A stretch of DNA of 64,000 bases, taken from NCBI GenBank assembly GCA_050916045.1, contig CP051526.1:2400001-2464000 (forward strand). Direction: 5' to 3'. Within the stretch, counting starts at the first letter, position 1. Every line of letters begins with the position of its first letter. Under the pieces are notes generated by a model that made no database searches, was not told the origin of the DNA, and saw only the letters and a list, made by a program, of their open reading frames with translations. This document shows, one piece after another, positions 39,522-50,614 of the stretch. Origin of the DNA: Tepidisphaera sp. (GTDB lineage: Bacteria; Planctomycetota; Phycisphaerae; Phycisphaerales; UBA1924). The position numbers were made by a program, and so were the translations under genes.

Positions 39522-40955
39522 CTACGCCAAGAGGGGCTTGAAGAGGTTGCCGTGGACGTCGGTCAGGCGGAAGTCGCGGCCCTGGGAGCGGTAGGTGAGC
39601 TTGGTGTGTTCGAGGCCCATGAGGTGGAGGAGGGTGGCGTGGAGGTCGTGGACGTGGAGGGGGTCGGAGGCGACGTTGTAGCCGAGTTCATCAGTCTCGC
39701 CGATCGTCACGCCTTTCTTGATGCCGGCACCGGCGAACCACATGGTGAAGGCTTTGGCGTGGTGGTCGCGGCCGAGGAACGTTGAGCCGTTGCGGGCTTC
39801 GTTCATGGGGGTGCGGCCGAACTCTCCGCCCCAGACGACGATGGTGTCTTCGAGGAGGCCGCGCTGCTTGAGGTCGGTGACGAGGGCGGCGCAGGCCTGG
39901 TCGGTTTCGGCGCAGCGCTTCTTGAGCGAGGTCATGATGTCGTCGTCGGGGCTGGTGCCGTGGCTGTCCCATCCGCGGTGGTAGAGCTGGACGCAGCGGA
40001 CGCCGCGTTCGACGAGGCGGCGGGCGAGGAGGCAGTTGGTGGCGAAGCCGGGCTTGCCGCGCTCGATGCCGTAGAGGTCGAGGGTCTCCTGCTTTTCGGA
40101 GGAGATGTCCATGAGGTCGGGGACGGAGGTCTGCATGCGGAAGGCGAGCTCGTAGGCGGCGATGCGTGTGGCGATCTCGGGGTCCCCCACCATGTCGAGC
40201 CGTTTGCGGTTGAGGTCGCGGAGCGCGTCGAGACTCTTGCGGCGGGCGGCGGCGGAGATGCCTTCGGGGTCTTTGACAAAGAGGACGGGGTCGTGGGCGG
40301 TGCGGAGCTGGACGCCCTGGTGGGTGGTCGGGAGGAAACCGCTTGACCAGCAGGAGCAACCGCCGGAGGGTTGGCCGCCGCCGGAGAGCATGACGATGAA
40401 GCCGGGGAGGTCCTGGTTTTCGGTGCCCAGGCCGTAGGTGAGCCATGAGCCCATGCTGGGGCGGCCGACGCGGGCGAGGCCGGAGTTGATGAAGAGCTCG
40501 GCGGGGGCGTGGTTGAAGGCGTCGGTGACGCAGGTCTTGACGATGGCGAGGTCGTCGGCGATTTTGGCGGTGTGTGGGAGGAGCTCGCTGATGTGGGCTT
40601 TGGACTGCCCGTGGTGGGCGAACTTGTAGGGGGAGCCGAGGAGTTTGGGGGTGCCGCGGATGAACGCGAAGCGTTCCTTGGCGAGGAAGTCGGCGGGGCA
40701 GTCCTGGCCGTTGAGTTCGTTGAGTTTGGGCTTGTGGTCGAAGAGGTCGAGCTGCGACGGGGCGCCGTTCATGAAGAGGTAGATGATGCGCTTGGCTTTG
40801 GGGGCAAAGTGGGGCTTGGGGCCTGGCGCGTTCGCTGGTTGGGTGGCGAAAGCGGAGGCAGAGCCTGGCATCATGGAAGCGAGCGCGAGGGAGCCGAGGC
40901 CGACGCCGCAATCGCGGAAGAGCTGGCGGCGCGTGCGAAGGAGGAGGGGGTTCAT
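39522..40955 (-). CDS. DUF1501 domain protein (Tat substrate)
   Basis: [61 protein letters not shown]. Confidence 0.92.
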   Translation of the reverse strand: MNPLLLRTRRQLFRDCGVGLGSLALASMMPGSASAFATQPANAPGPKPHFAPKAKRIIYLFMNGAPSQLDLFDHKPKLNELNGQDCPADFLAKERFAFIRGTPKLLGSPYKFAHHGQSKAHISELLPHTAKIADDLAIVKTCVTDAFNHAPAELFINSGLARVGRPSMGSWLTYGLGTENQDLPGFIVMLSGGGQPSGGCSCWSSGFLPTTHQGVQLRTAHDPVLFVKDPEGISAAARRKSLDALRDLNRKRLDMVGDPEIATRIAAYELAFRMQTSVPDLMDISSEKQETLDLYGIERGKPGFATNCLLARRLVERGVRCVQLYHRGWDSHGTSPDDDIMTSLKKRCAETDQACAALVTDLKQRGLLEDTIVVWGGEFGRTPMNEARNGSTFLGRDHHAKAFTMWFAGAGIKKGVTIGETDELGYNVASDPLHVHDLHATLLHLMGLEHTKLTYRSQGRDFRLTDVHGNLFKPLLA

Positions 40956-40995
40956 CGGTGGTCCTTCGAAGACGGGGTCGAGCGATTGAGAACGG

Positions 40996-43866
40996 TCATT
41001 CCCTCGTGATGGTTTCGTCGAGGTTGAGGATGACGTTGCCGACGACGGTCCATGCGGCGAGGTCGGTGGCGGTGAGGTCCGCGGGGCGATTGGGGATCTG
41101 GGCGGCGAGGGCTTCGGCGGCGGCGGGGTCCTTGGCGAAGAGGGCGAGCTGGTCTTCGGCGAGGAGGGCGAGGCGGTCGATTTCGTACTGGTCGGGGGCG
41201 CGTCCGATGGCGAGGCGGAGGCCGCGGGCGGCGCGTGCTTTGGTGGTTGAGCCTTCGCGGAGCATGCGGACGCCGAGTGCGCCGGCGGCTTGGACGAACT
41301 GGGGGTCGTTCATCGTGGTGAGGGCTTGGAGGGGCGTGTTCGTGCGCGGGCGGCGGGTGCAGGAGACCTCGCGGCTGGGCGCGTCGAAGGTGGTGAAGGT
41401 CGGGTAGGGAGCGGTGCGGCGGGCGAAGGTGTAGAGGCCGCGGCGGAAGCGGTCTTCGCCGGTGCTTTCGGTCCACTGGTCGGAGGAGTAGATCATGGTC
41501 CAGATGCCGGGGGGCTGGGGCGGGAAGACGCTTTCGCCGAACATCTTGGGGGAGAGGAGGCCGGAAGCGGAGAGGGCGATGTCGCGGAGCATTTCGGCTT
41601 CGACGCGGAAGCGGCCGCTTCGGGCGAGGAGCTTGTTGTCGGGGTCGAGTTCAAGGAGTTCGGGTGTGAGGCGTGAGGATTGGCGGTAGGTGGCGGAGAG
41701 GACGATCTCGCGGAGCATGGCTTTCTGCGACCACTTGAGGTCGATGAAGCGGCGAGCGAGGTGGTCGAGGAGGGCTTGGTGCGTGGGCATCTCGCCCTGG
41801 GTGCCGAAGTCGTCCTCGGTTTCGACCAGGCCGCGGCCGAAGAGCGTGGACCAGAGGCGGTTGACCTGGACGCGTGCGGTGAGGGGGTTCTTGGGATCGA
41901 CGAGCCACTGGGCGAGGCCGAGACGATCGGGAGAAGGGGCTTGGCCGGCGGAAGCGGAGAGGACCTGAGGCACGGAGGGGGAGACGGGTTCGCCGGGGGA
42001 GAGGAAGCTGCCGCGTTCGAAGACGCGGGTCTCGCGGGGCGATGGGTTGCGGCCCATGACGAAGGTTTTGGCGACGGTGAGGTCGGCGATGCGTTTGTCG
42101 AGGGCTTGGAGAGCGGCGGGGTCGGCGGATTGGTTGGGGAGGCTTCGGAGGCGGGAGGATTCGGCGAGGAGAGCTTGGAACTCGTCCCATTTCTCGCGGG
42201 CGGGGACGGGGACCATGGGGCCTTGGGCTCGCTTCTCTGTGGCGGTGTCGTTGACGACGACGGCGTCGGCTTCGTCCTGGTTGAAGAAGGCGTAGAAGCT
42301 GAAGTAGTCCTTGTGGGAGATGGGGTCGTACTTGTGGTCGTGGCACTGGGCGCAGGCGAGGGTGGTGCCCAGCCAGACGGTCGCGACGGTGTTGGTGCGG
42401 TCGAGGACGGCTTCGACGCGGAATTCTTCGGGGTCGGTGCCGCCCTCTTCATTGACGGGGGTGTTGCGATTGAAGCCGGTGGCGATCTTCTGAGCGAGCG
42501 AGGGGCTGGGGAGCATGTCGCCGGCGAGCTGGTCGATCGTGAACTGATCGAACGGCATGTCGCGGTTGTACGCGTCGATGACCCAGTCGCGGTAGGGCCA
42601 CATGACGCGGCGGGCGTCCTTCTCGTAGCCGTGGGTGTCGGCGTAGCGGGCGAGGTCGAGCCAGATGCGAGCCCAGCGTTCGCCGTAGCGCGGGCTTGCG
42701 AGGAGGCGATCGACGACGCGTTCGTAGGCGTCGACGGAGGTGTCGGCGATGAAAGCGTCGATCTCTTCGGGGGTGGGCGGGAGGCCGATGAGGTCGAGAG
42801 AGAGGCGGCGGAGGAGCGTGGCGCGGTCGGCTTCGGGAGAGGGGAGCAGACGGCGGGACTCGAGGAAAGCGAGGACGTAGCGGTCGATGTCGTTCTTGAC
42901 CCAGGAGGCGCGGGCGACCTTGGGCGGTTTGGTTTGCAGGGGAGCGGCGTAGGCCCAGTGCCAGTGGCTTGCCGAGGAGGCGGCTTTCTCGGGATTTGAG
43001 GCGTTGGCGGGGTCGGCTGGGGCGGCGGGTGCGGGCCAGTGGGCACCCTCGTTGATCCAGCGGCGGAGGGTTTCGATCTGGGCGTCGGAGAGTTTGTCGC
43101 CGCGCGGGGGCATCACGCGGTCTTCGTCTTCGCCGCGGACGAGCTTGATGAGGAGGCTTTGGTCGGCTTGGCCGGGGATGAGGGCCGGTTCCTTGGAATC
43201 GCCACCTTGGAGCATGGCGGCGCGGGAGTCGAGGCGGAGGCCGGAAGCGGGCTGCTCGCCCGTGTGGCAGGAGAAGCACTTGCGAGAGAGGATGGGGAAG
43301 ACCTCGCGGGCGAAGTCGACCTTGCCGTCTGCGGAGGTGGGCGTGGGGGCGGCGGGATCGGCGGGGAAGAGGGCTTTGGTCGCGGCGTTTACGAGGTAGC
43401 CGCGGCCCCAGACGAGCTCGCCGCCGAAGTGTCCCGCGGCGCCGACGGTGAGGGCGCCGCCGACGAGAAAGAGGCGGTACCAGGCGAGGAGCCTGGGACC
43501 GGGGCGGCGCTGGGCGAAGAGGGCGAGGATAACGGCGATGATTCCGAGGGCGGCGGAGGCGATGCCGACCCAGCGGTGGATCTCGACGCGGCTCGAGGGT
43601 TCGACGGTGGTGGCGAGCCGCCAGCCGGAGAGGCCTGCGAGCAGGGCGGCGGCGGTGCCGAGCGCGGCGCAGGCGACGGCGGGGTGCGAGGGGTGGTAGG
43701 GAAGGCGGGCGGCTTGGCTTGGCGTGAGCGGGTTATTGGGGCCGGGCCTGCGGAAGCGGAAGAGTTCGAAGAACGCCGCGGCGATGAGAAGGGCGATGGG
43801 AAAGTGGACCAGCATGGGGTGCATGGTGCCGAGGAGGTCCCACAATCTGCCGCTGAAATCAGCCAT
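40996..43866 (-). CDS. DUF2231 + planctomycete cytochrome c + DUF1549/DUF1553 (PSD1) protein
   Basis: [66 protein letters not shown]. Confidence 0.92.
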   Translation of the reverse strand: MADFSGRLWDLLGTMHPMLVHFPIALLIAAAFFELFRFRRPGPNNPLTPSQAARLPYHPSHPAVACAALGTAAALLAGLSGWRLATTVEPSSRVEIHRWVGIASAALGIIAVILALFAQRRPGPRLLAWYRLFLVGGALTVGAAGHFGGELVWGRGYLVNAATKALFPADPAAPTPTSADGKVDFAREVFPILSRKCFSCHTGEQPASGLRLDSRAAMLQGGDSKEPALIPGQADQSLLIKLVRGEDEDRVMPPRGDKLSDAQIETLRRWINEGAHWPAPAAPADPANASNPEKAASSASHWHWAYAAPLQTKPPKVARASWVKNDIDRYVLAFLESRRLLPSPEADRATLLRRLSLDLIGLPPTPEEIDAFIADTSVDAYERVVDRLLASPRYGERWARIWLDLARYADTHGYEKDARRVMWPYRDWVIDAYNRDMPFDQFTIDQLAGDMLPSPSLAQKIATGFNRNTPVNEEGGTDPEEFRVEAVLDRTNTVATVWLGTTLACAQCHDHKYDPISHKDYFSFYAFFNQDEADAVVVNDTATEKRAQGPMVPVPAREKWDEFQALLAESSRLRSLPNQSADPAALQALDKRIADLTVAKTFVMGRNPSPRETRVFERGSFLSPGEPVSPSVPQVLSASAGQAPSPDRLGLAQWLVDPKNPLTARVQVNRLWSTLFGRGLVETEDDFGTQGEMPTHQALLDHLARRFIDLKWSQKAMLREIVLSATYRQSSRLTPELLELDPDNKLLARSGRFRVEAEMLRDIALSASGLLSPKMFGESVFPPQPPGIWTMIYSSDQWTESTGEDRFRRGLYTFARRTAPYPTFTTFDAPSREVSCTRRPRTNTPLQALTTMNDPQFVQAAGALGVRMLREGSTTKARAARGLRLAIGRAPDQYEIDRLALLAEDQLALFAKDPAAAEALAAQIPNRPADLTATDLAAWTVVGNVILNLDETITRE

Positions 43867-43978
43867 GAGTGATGAGTATATCGGAACGGGGCTCAGAACC
43901 CCAACAGGTCCCGGAAGATGGGTGGGAAATGGTGGGAACCGCTTTGAGCATGGTACGAAACGGACGATGCGGTATGCT

Positions 43979-44021
43979 GGGCGGGTGTGGGTTTGGGTCT
44001 GGGGCTGGGTTTGGGGTTGGG
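43979..44021 (+). repeat. G-tract tandem repeat with about 6-bp period
   Basis: GGGCGGGTGTGGGTTTGGGTCTGGGGCTGGGTTTGGGGTTGGG. Confidence 0.7.
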
Positions 44022-44128
44022 TCGAAGTGGTTCTGGAGGTCGCCGAGAGACGCCGGGGGGTTGACGGGCGGTTGGGGGGCGGCTCGGTGGCGACGTAGCG
44101 CGGTTCGTCGGAAGCGAAGGGTTCGAGC

Positions 44129-46450
44129 ATGGGTTGTTGGAATCGGAACGACATGGTCCGGGCGGTCGCGGCTTTGTTGGCGTTTGCCGGCGGAGCGACG
44201 GGGCAGCCGCCCGCGATGCATGTTCACGGCGCGGGGTGTGGGAGCGAGGGGTGCGGCCGGGCGGTGATGATGAAGCGTCGGCTGGCGGAGGGCCTGCCGC
44301 CGCGGGAGGGGTTTGGCGAGCGGGAGCTTTTCGCGGCGACGGATGTGCTTCACAACGATCTGGACATCGCGGTGAATTACGACGCGCGGAGCATCGCGGG
44401 GTCGAACACGATGACGGTTCGGAGCGAGGTGCCGGGGCTGAGCGAGTTCACGTTCATGCTGGATACGCGGCTTGCGGTTTCGGGGGTGGTGTTCAACGGG
44501 GCGGAGGTTCTGGCGTTGCCGGTGCGTGTGGGGACGTTCGGTCGTCGGGTGACGTTGCCGCGGGCGCTGTCGGAGGGCGAGGAGTTCACGCTTCGGATCG
44601 AGTACGGGGGCGTGCCGGGGAGCGGCGGGTTCGGCGGAATCAGCTTCGTGACGATGAGCGGCGTGCCGACGGTCTTCACGTTGAGCGAGCCGTACTACTC
44701 GGGGACGTGGTGGCCGGCGAAGGACGGGGATATCGGGCAGTCGGGGGACAACAGCGATAAAGCGACCTTTGCGATCGCGGTGACGGTGCCGGCGAGCATG
44801 ACGGTCGCGAGCAACGGCGTGCTTCAAGGGATCGACGATCTGGGAGACGGGCGGCGGAAGCACCGGTGGCGGACGAACTATCCGATGTCGTCGTATCTGG
44901 CGTGCTTTTCGGCTTCGACGTATAACCGGTTTGGAGCGACGTATGTGTACCCGCTGCCGGGCGGCGGGGAGGGGGCGATGCCGCTCGAGTTCTTCGTGAC
45001 GCCGGGAGCGGACACTCCTTATCTGCGTGCGCGGTGGGTGTCGACGCGGACGATGCTGGCGCGGTTTCGGCCGCTTTTCGGCGAGTATCCGTTCATCGCG
45101 GAGAAGTACGGGATCTACCAGTTCGGATTCGGCGGCGGGATGGAACATCAGACGATGACGGGGCAGTCGTCGGGGACGGACACGTGGGTGACGGCGCATG
45201 AGCTTGCGCACCAATGGTGGGGCGATGATGTGACGTGCCGGACGTGGCATGACATCTGGCTGAACGAGTCGTTCGCGACGTACGCGGAGTGTCTGTTCGC
45301 GGAGCACATCACGGGCGTGGCGGACCGGGCGGCGCTGGAATCTTCGGTGTCGAGGCTTGGAGCGAACGTGTCGTGGGGCTCGGTGTATCTGTACAACCCT
45401 GCGGACGAGGGGCTGATGTTCGACGTGGGGCTGGTGTACAACAAGGGCGCAAAGGTTCTTCACACGCTTCGGACGCTTGTGGATGGGCGGAGCGGGGAAG
45501 GGACGTTCTTCAGGCTGCTGCGGGAATATCGGTCGCGGTATTCGGGGTCGGCGGCGACGACGGATGATTTTGCGGCGGTGGCTTCGGAGGTGGCGGGCCG
45601 GGACCTGACGCCGTTCTTTGACGCGTGGATCTACGGGCAGGCTTCGCCGCAGTATGAGTATGGGTTCGAGACGCTGACGACGGAGGGTCGGTCGTATCTG
45701 AAGCTGATGGTGCGGCAGGTGCAGTCGGCGCCGAGCGCGGCGTTTTTCCCGTGCCGGCCGGCGATTCGGTCGTCCAACGGGCAGACGACGGAGGATGCTT
45801 CGGTTGAGCTCGGGGGGCGCGTGTCGTGGCATCTGATTCCGCGGGGATCGGCGGGCGAGGTGTCGAGCGTGACGTTTGACCCGAGCAACGTGCTTCTCAA
45901 GCGGGGAGTGGCGCGGGTGTCGTATGTCGCGGGGCCGCCGAAGGTGCTCTCCGCCGTGCCTGCTCCGGGAGCGAGGCTGGGCGAGGCGCCGGGAACGATC
46001 CGGATCGGGTTTTCGGATCCGATCTCGGCGAACGCGGGGCAGTTTGAGGTGCGGCGGGGTGAGACGGTGGTGGCGTGCTCGCTGTCGCTGGATGCGGGAA
46101 TCGCGACGCTGACGCCTGCCGGGCGGCTTGTGCCTGGCGTGTACACGGTGACGGTGCGTGACACGGTGACGGCCAACGGGGGTCAGCGGCTTGACGGGGA
46201 GATTGATCGGGGCGTGCTGCCCTCGGGGGACGGGGTGGCGACGGGGCCGGCGGTGTACACGTTCACGGTGGAAGCGTGCCGGACGGATTTCAATCTGGAC
46301 GGGTTCGTGGACTTCTTTGACTACGACGATTTCGTCGCGTGCTTTGAAGCTGGGGAGTGCGGCGCGGGGGCGGCGGACTTCAACGGGGACGGGTTTCTGG
46401 ACTTCTTTGACTACGACGAGTTTGTGGGAGCTTTCGAGACTGGGTGCTGA
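44129..46450 (+). CDS. secreted M1 aminopeptidase with Ig-like domain and GC-type dockerin tail
   Basis: GGMEHQT, HELAHQWW...WLNESFA, YNKGA; two DFNxDGF repeats ending AFETGC. Confidence 0.88.
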   Translation: MGCWNRNDMVRAVAALLAFAGGATGQPPAMHVHGAGCGSEGCGRAVMMKRRLAEGLPPREGFGERELFAATDVLHNDLDIAVNYDARSIAGSNTMTVRSEVPGLSEFTFMLDTRLAVSGVVFNGAEVLALPVRVGTFGRRVTLPRALSEGEEFTLRIEYGGVPGSGGFGGISFVTMSGVPTVFTLSEPYYSGTWWPAKDGDIGQSGDNSDKATFAIAVTVPASMTVASNGVLQGIDDLGDGRRKHRWRTNYPMSSYLACFSASTYNRFGATYVYPLPGGGEGAMPLEFFVTPGADTPYLRARWVSTRTMLARFRPLFGEYPFIAEKYGIYQFGFGGGMEHQTMTGQSSGTDTWVTAHELAHQWWGDDVTCRTWHDIWLNESFATYAECLFAEHITGVADRAALESSVSRLGANVSWGSVYLYNPADEGLMFDVGLVYNKGAKVLHTLRTLVDGRSGEGTFFRLLREYRSRYSGSAATTDDFAAVASEVAGRDLTPFFDAWIYGQASPQYEYGFETLTTEGRSYLKLMVRQVQSAPSAAFFPCRPAIRSSNGQTTEDASVELGGRVSWHLIPRGSAGEVSSVTFDPSNVLLKRGVARVSYVAGPPKVLSAVPAPGARLGEAPGTIRIGFSDPISANAGQFEVRRGETVVACSLSLDAGIATLTPAGRLVPGVYTVTVRDTVTANGGQRLDGEIDRGVLPSGDGVATGPAVYTFTVEACRTDFNLDGFVDFFDYDDFVACFEAGECGAGAADFNGDGFLDFFDYDEFVGAFETGC

Positions 46451-46560
46451 GCGCCCGGGAATCGGATTGAGAAGGTTGTGAAGGAGCGTTCGATCAGGAT
46501 CCGCCCGAATGGGCACGAGATGTTTGGCCCCCGCGACCGCGGGGCGACGAGGAAATCAGG

Positions 46561-48945
46561 ATGCGTTCATATCGACTGACGGCTGGCTTGATGATGACCC
46601 CCGCTCTGCTTCTGTTCGCGGCTGGCGCGGCGCAGGCGCAGCCGCAATCGGGGCATGTTCACACGGAGAGATGCCAGCAGGACTGCGGGGCGGACGTGTG
46701 CGGGAAGGCGCGGACGCTCAAGTCGCTGTACGAGCGCGGGTATCACCCGGACGGGACGGGATTCGGGTTTGGCGGGGGAGAGGGCGATGGCGGGTTCGGT
46801 GACCGGGAGGCCTACCTCGACACGGACCTACTTCACAACAACCTGGACATCGAGATCGTGCCGTCGACGAGCAACATCATCGGTTCCAACACGATGACGA
46901 TCAAGAGCAAGGTGGACGGGCTGACCGAGTTCACGTTCATGCTTCGGAACAATTTCACGGTGTCGCAGGTGCGGTTCAACGACGCGGTGAATCTGGCGTC
47001 GCCGGTTTTCACGGGGACGTACGCGCGGCGGGTGACGCTGCCGCGGGCGATGGCCCGGGATGAGGTGTTCACGCTTCGGATCGCGTATAGCGGGCAGGCG
47101 GTGTCGCGCGGGTTCGGGAGCATCGAGTTCACGACGCTGGGCGGACAGCCGGCGGTGTTCACGCTGAGCGAGCCGTATTACGCGGCGACGTGGTGGCCGG
47201 CGAAGGACGCGGAGGTGCAGACGGCGGGTGATCTGATCGACAAAGCGACGTTCGACATCGCGATCACGGCGCCGACCGCGATGACGGTGGCGAGCAACGG
47301 CCTGCTGCAGGGGATCGACACCCTGACGGGGGGGCGTCGCAAGCACCGCTGGCGGACGGACTATCCGATGGCGACGTATCTCGCGGCGTTTGGAGCGGCG
47401 ACGTACAACACGTTCAGTTCGACGTACGAGTACCCGCTGCCGGGCGGCGGGACGGGGACGATGCCGCTCAACTTCTTCGTGTCGCCGGGGTCGGACTCGA
47501 CGGCGCTGCGGAACGTGTGGCGGTTGAGCACGCAGATGATGGCGGCGTTCCGCGGGGTGTTCGGCGAGTATCCGTTCGTGAACGAGAAGTACGGGATCTA
47601 CGAGTTCACGTTCGGCGGCGGGATGGAGCACCAGACGATGACGGGGCAGTCGGCTTCGACATCAGAGAGCCTGACGGCCCACGAGCTTGGCCACCAGTGG
47701 TGGGGCGACAACGTGACGTGCCGGACGTGGTCGGACATCTGGCTGAACGAGGGGTTCGCGACGTATTCGGAGTGCGTGTGGGCGGAGCGGAAGCCGGGCG
47801 GGTCGCGGGGCGCGCTGTTCTCGGCGATCCAGGCGCGGACGCCGGGGAATCTGGCGACGGGGTCGGTGTATCGGTACGACGTGTCGAGCGCGAGCGCGAT
47901 CTTTTCCGGAACGTTCGCGTACAACAAGGGGGCGTGGGTTCTTCACGGGCTGAGGCGGACGCTTGACGGGGCGCTGGGCGAGGGGACGTTTTTCGAGCTG
48001 CTTCAGGACTATCGAACGATGTTCGAGGGTTCGGCGGCGACGACGGACGATTTCGCGGCGGTGGTGAGCGTGGCGGCGGGGCGCGACATGCAGCCGTACT
48101 TTGACGCCTGGGTGTACGGGGAGGGGACGCCGATCTTCGCTTCGGGGTTCCAGAAGGTGACGGTGAACGGCCGGGATTACCTGAAGCTCAGGGTGCGGCA
48201 GACGCAGGGCGCGCCGGCGCCGGCGTTCTTCCCGTGCGGCCTTGATGTGCGGATCGCGGCGGCGGGCGGGACGCAGGATTCGTTCGTGATTCCCGGGGCG
48301 CAGGCGTCGTGGCACATCATTCCGCTGACGGTGGGCGGGACGCTGAGCGGGGTGACGCTGGACGTTGAGAACTGGATTCTCAACCGCGGGAAGACGACGG
48401 AAACGTACGTTCAGGGCCCGCCGAAGGTGCTCACGGTTTCGCCGGCGCCGGGAGCGGAGGTTGAGAACCCCCCCACCGCGGTCGTGGTCGGATTCTCGGA
48501 TGCGATCACGGCGGGTGCGGCGCAGTTCGCGATTTCGCGGAACGGGTCGCCGGTTGCGTTCACGTACGCTTTCAACAACTCGACGCTGGCGGCGACGCTG
48601 ACGCCGGCGTCGGCGCTGGTGCCCGGCGAGTACACGGTGACGGTGCGTGACACGGTGACGGCCAACGGCGGGCAGCGGCTGGACGGCGAGGTGCGCGGGG
48701 GCGTGCTTCCGTCGGGCGACGGTGCGCCGCTGGGCGAAGCGGTGTTCACGTTCACGGTGGCCGGGCCGGCGTGCGAAGCGGACTTCAACGGGGACGGGTT
48801 CCTGGACTTCTTTGATTACGACGAGTTCGTGAACTGCTTCGAGACGGGGGCGTGCGGAGAGTCGACGTCGGACTTCAACGGCGACGGATTCACGGACTTC
48901 TTCGACTACGACGCGTTCGTCGCGGCGTTCGAAGCGGGGTGCTGA
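46561..48945 (+). CDS. secreted M1 aminopeptidase paralogue with Ig-like domain and GC-type dockerin tail
   Basis: GGMEHQT, HELGHQWW...WLNEGFA, YNKGA; ends AFEAGC. Confidence 0.9.
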   Translation: MRSYRLTAGLMMTPALLLFAAGAAQAQPQSGHVHTERCQQDCGADVCGKARTLKSLYERGYHPDGTGFGFGGGEGDGGFGDREAYLDTDLLHNNLDIEIVPSTSNIIGSNTMTIKSKVDGLTEFTFMLRNNFTVSQVRFNDAVNLASPVFTGTYARRVTLPRAMARDEVFTLRIAYSGQAVSRGFGSIEFTTLGGQPAVFTLSEPYYAATWWPAKDAEVQTAGDLIDKATFDIAITAPTAMTVASNGLLQGIDTLTGGRRKHRWRTDYPMATYLAAFGAATYNTFSSTYEYPLPGGGTGTMPLNFFVSPGSDSTALRNVWRLSTQMMAAFRGVFGEYPFVNEKYGIYEFTFGGGMEHQTMTGQSASTSESLTAHELGHQWWGDNVTCRTWSDIWLNEGFATYSECVWAERKPGGSRGALFSAIQARTPGNLATGSVYRYDVSSASAIFSGTFAYNKGAWVLHGLRRTLDGALGEGTFFELLQDYRTMFEGSAATTDDFAAVVSVAAGRDMQPYFDAWVYGEGTPIFASGFQKVTVNGRDYLKLRVRQTQGAPAPAFFPCGLDVRIAAAGGTQDSFVIPGAQASWHIIPLTVGGTLSGVTLDVENWILNRGKTTETYVQGPPKVLTVSPAPGAEVENPPTAVVVGFSDAITAGAAQFAISRNGSPVAFTYAFNNSTLAATLTPASALVPGEYTVTVRDTVTANGGQRLDGEVRGGVLPSGDGAPLGEAVFTFTVAGPACEADFNGDGFLDFFDYDEFVNCFETGACGESTSDFNGDGFTDFFDYDAFVAAFEAGC

Positions 48946-48998
48946 TCACCCCGGCCCGCCGGGGCGCGGGCTCGCATCACGTTTCATCTCGACTCACG

Positions 48999-49036
48999 TG
49001 AAGAAACCTTCATTCCATGGGATGAAGGTTTCTTCA
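48999..49036. promoter_or_regulatory. 38-bp AT-rich near-perfect palindrome
   Basis: TGAAGAAACCTTCAT-TCCATGGG-ATGAAGGTTTCTTCA. Confidence 0.6.
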
Positions 49037-49151
49037 TGCACGGAGGCGTTTTCTGCAGGAAAAAAGCGTGTAAACTCAACCTCTCACGCCGCCGCGCCGA
49101 AGTGATGGCGCCCGAGAGACGGCGCCGGAGGAGAACAGGGAGGGGAGTTGC

Positions 49152-49619
49152 ATGACATCGGCAGTGGGGAGATCGCCGGGCGGACGCATCCGGGTCCTGA
49201 GCGTGAGCGAGGGCGGGGCGTCGGAGGAGGCTTTGGAGCGGCGGATCGCGGGCGAGCCTGAGCTTGAGTGGCTGGGTGTGTGCCGAACGCAAGCGGAGGC
49301 GTACACGAGGATCAAAGAGCAAAGGCCCGACATCATCCTGCTGGCGATCGAGATGGGGGGCGTGCGTGCGGCGGATCTGGCGCACGCGCTCTCGCGGGTG
49401 TCGCCGGGGAGCCGCGTCGTGATGACCATCGCGTGCGTGACACCGGAGGCTGTGGAACAAGCGGTCGACTGCGGGGCGTGGGGGTTGTGGTGCCGGGAGG
49501 ATGAGGTCTCACGGATCGTGGAGGGGATCCGGTCGGCGGCGAGAGGAGAGATCTCGCTTGCGAGGGAGGCGAACGAGGCGCAGCGGCTCGCGGATCATCG
49601 CCTCATGCACGGAGGGTGA
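49152..49619 (+). CDS. degenerate NarL-like receiver domain (pseudo-receiver)
   Basis: IRVLSVSE, RPDIILLAIEM (Asp to Ala), AVDCGAWG, IVEGIRSAARGE; RBS GGAG; no HTH. Confidence 0.7.
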   Translation: MTSAVGRSPGGRIRVLSVSEGGASEEALERRIAGEPELEWLGVCRTQAEAYTRIKEQRPDIILLAIEMGGVRAADLAHALSRVSPGSRVVMTIACVTPEAVEQAVDCGAWGLWCREDEVSRIVEGIRSAARGEISLAREANEAQRLADHRLMHGG

Positions 49620-49624
49620 GCGGC

Positions 49625-50014
49625 TTAAGCGACTGGTGTCGGGTTGACGGCGGAGTAGACCTCCCGGACGGCCTGCACGATGGTGGCTCCGGATCCGTGT
49701 TTGTGGATGCAGCCGAGGGCGCCGGCGTTGATGGCTTCGCGGACGGCGACGGGGTCGGCGTGACGGTTGATGACGAGGCAGGCGAGGGACTCGCGGGCGG
49801 CGAGGAGATCGGCGAGCTTTTCGATGACGCGTTCGCCGGGGATGGTGAGGTCGAGCAGGAGCACGTCGGCCTGGAGGTCGTGGAGTTTGCTGTGGAGGTC
49901 TCGAGTGGAGACGAAGCATCCGACGCACTCGGTGTCGGGGCAGCGGTCGAGGAGCCGCTTGTAGAGGCGGAGCAGGTCCGGATTGTCGTCGACGCAAGCG
50001 ACCCGAATCTTCAT
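49625..50014 (-). CDS. single-domain response regulator receiver
   Basis: IRVACVDDN, DVLLLDLTIPG, AGALGCIHK. Confidence 0.8.
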   Translation of the reverse strand: MKIRVACVDDNPDLLRLYKRLLDRCPDTECVGCFVSTRDLHSKLHDLQADVLLLDLTIPGERVIEKLADLLAARESLACLVINRHADPVAVREAINAGALGCIHKHGSGATIVQAVREVYSAVNPTPVA

Positions 50015-50614
50015 CGTGGGAAGCTACAGCTCGCGGGAGAGACGACTGTGAAGCGTGCGTAAGCGCGTCTTCATGCCGCGAGGAGCTGTCGCAGGGGGAA
50101 TGCGTTGTCGGAGGGCGTCCATGCTCGGGATTCACCTGAAGAAATCCTCAGTCCGGCCTCACGCGGCGGGTCGGTGCCGCCGTCCTTACGCGTGATTCAC
50201 GGGGGCTTTCGAAGCGTGCTTCAAGGTCTGGACGTGGGGGCGAGCGTGCGACGGTTCGGTTCAGGGAAAGGGCATCACCATGGAAACGCGGCAGCAGGCG
50301 GGGATTGAACGGGAGCTTGGCGGGATAAGTTCGTTCGGTCGGGGGGCGGAGGGTCCGTCGCGAGGGGGCTTGGAGTCTGAGGACCGGCCGAACGATCTGG
50401 ACGGGGCGAACAGCCGCGAGGTGCGGGGGGGCGATGAGCATCTTTGGGCGTGGTGGCGTTTGACGCACCGCATCCGGTTGGGGAGGTTCTCGACGGGGGC
50501 GAACACAGACGAGTCGCTGCGACGGGAGATCTCTTGAGGCGGGCTTTGGATCGGCATGATGCATCGCTTGTGGATCTCATCACGGGGGAAGGCGTTCCGC
50601 AGTATCATGCGGGG

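Noticed and set aside
50280..50537. 85-aa ORF upstream of the kinase
   Set aside because: Could be real, but there is no motif or family evidence
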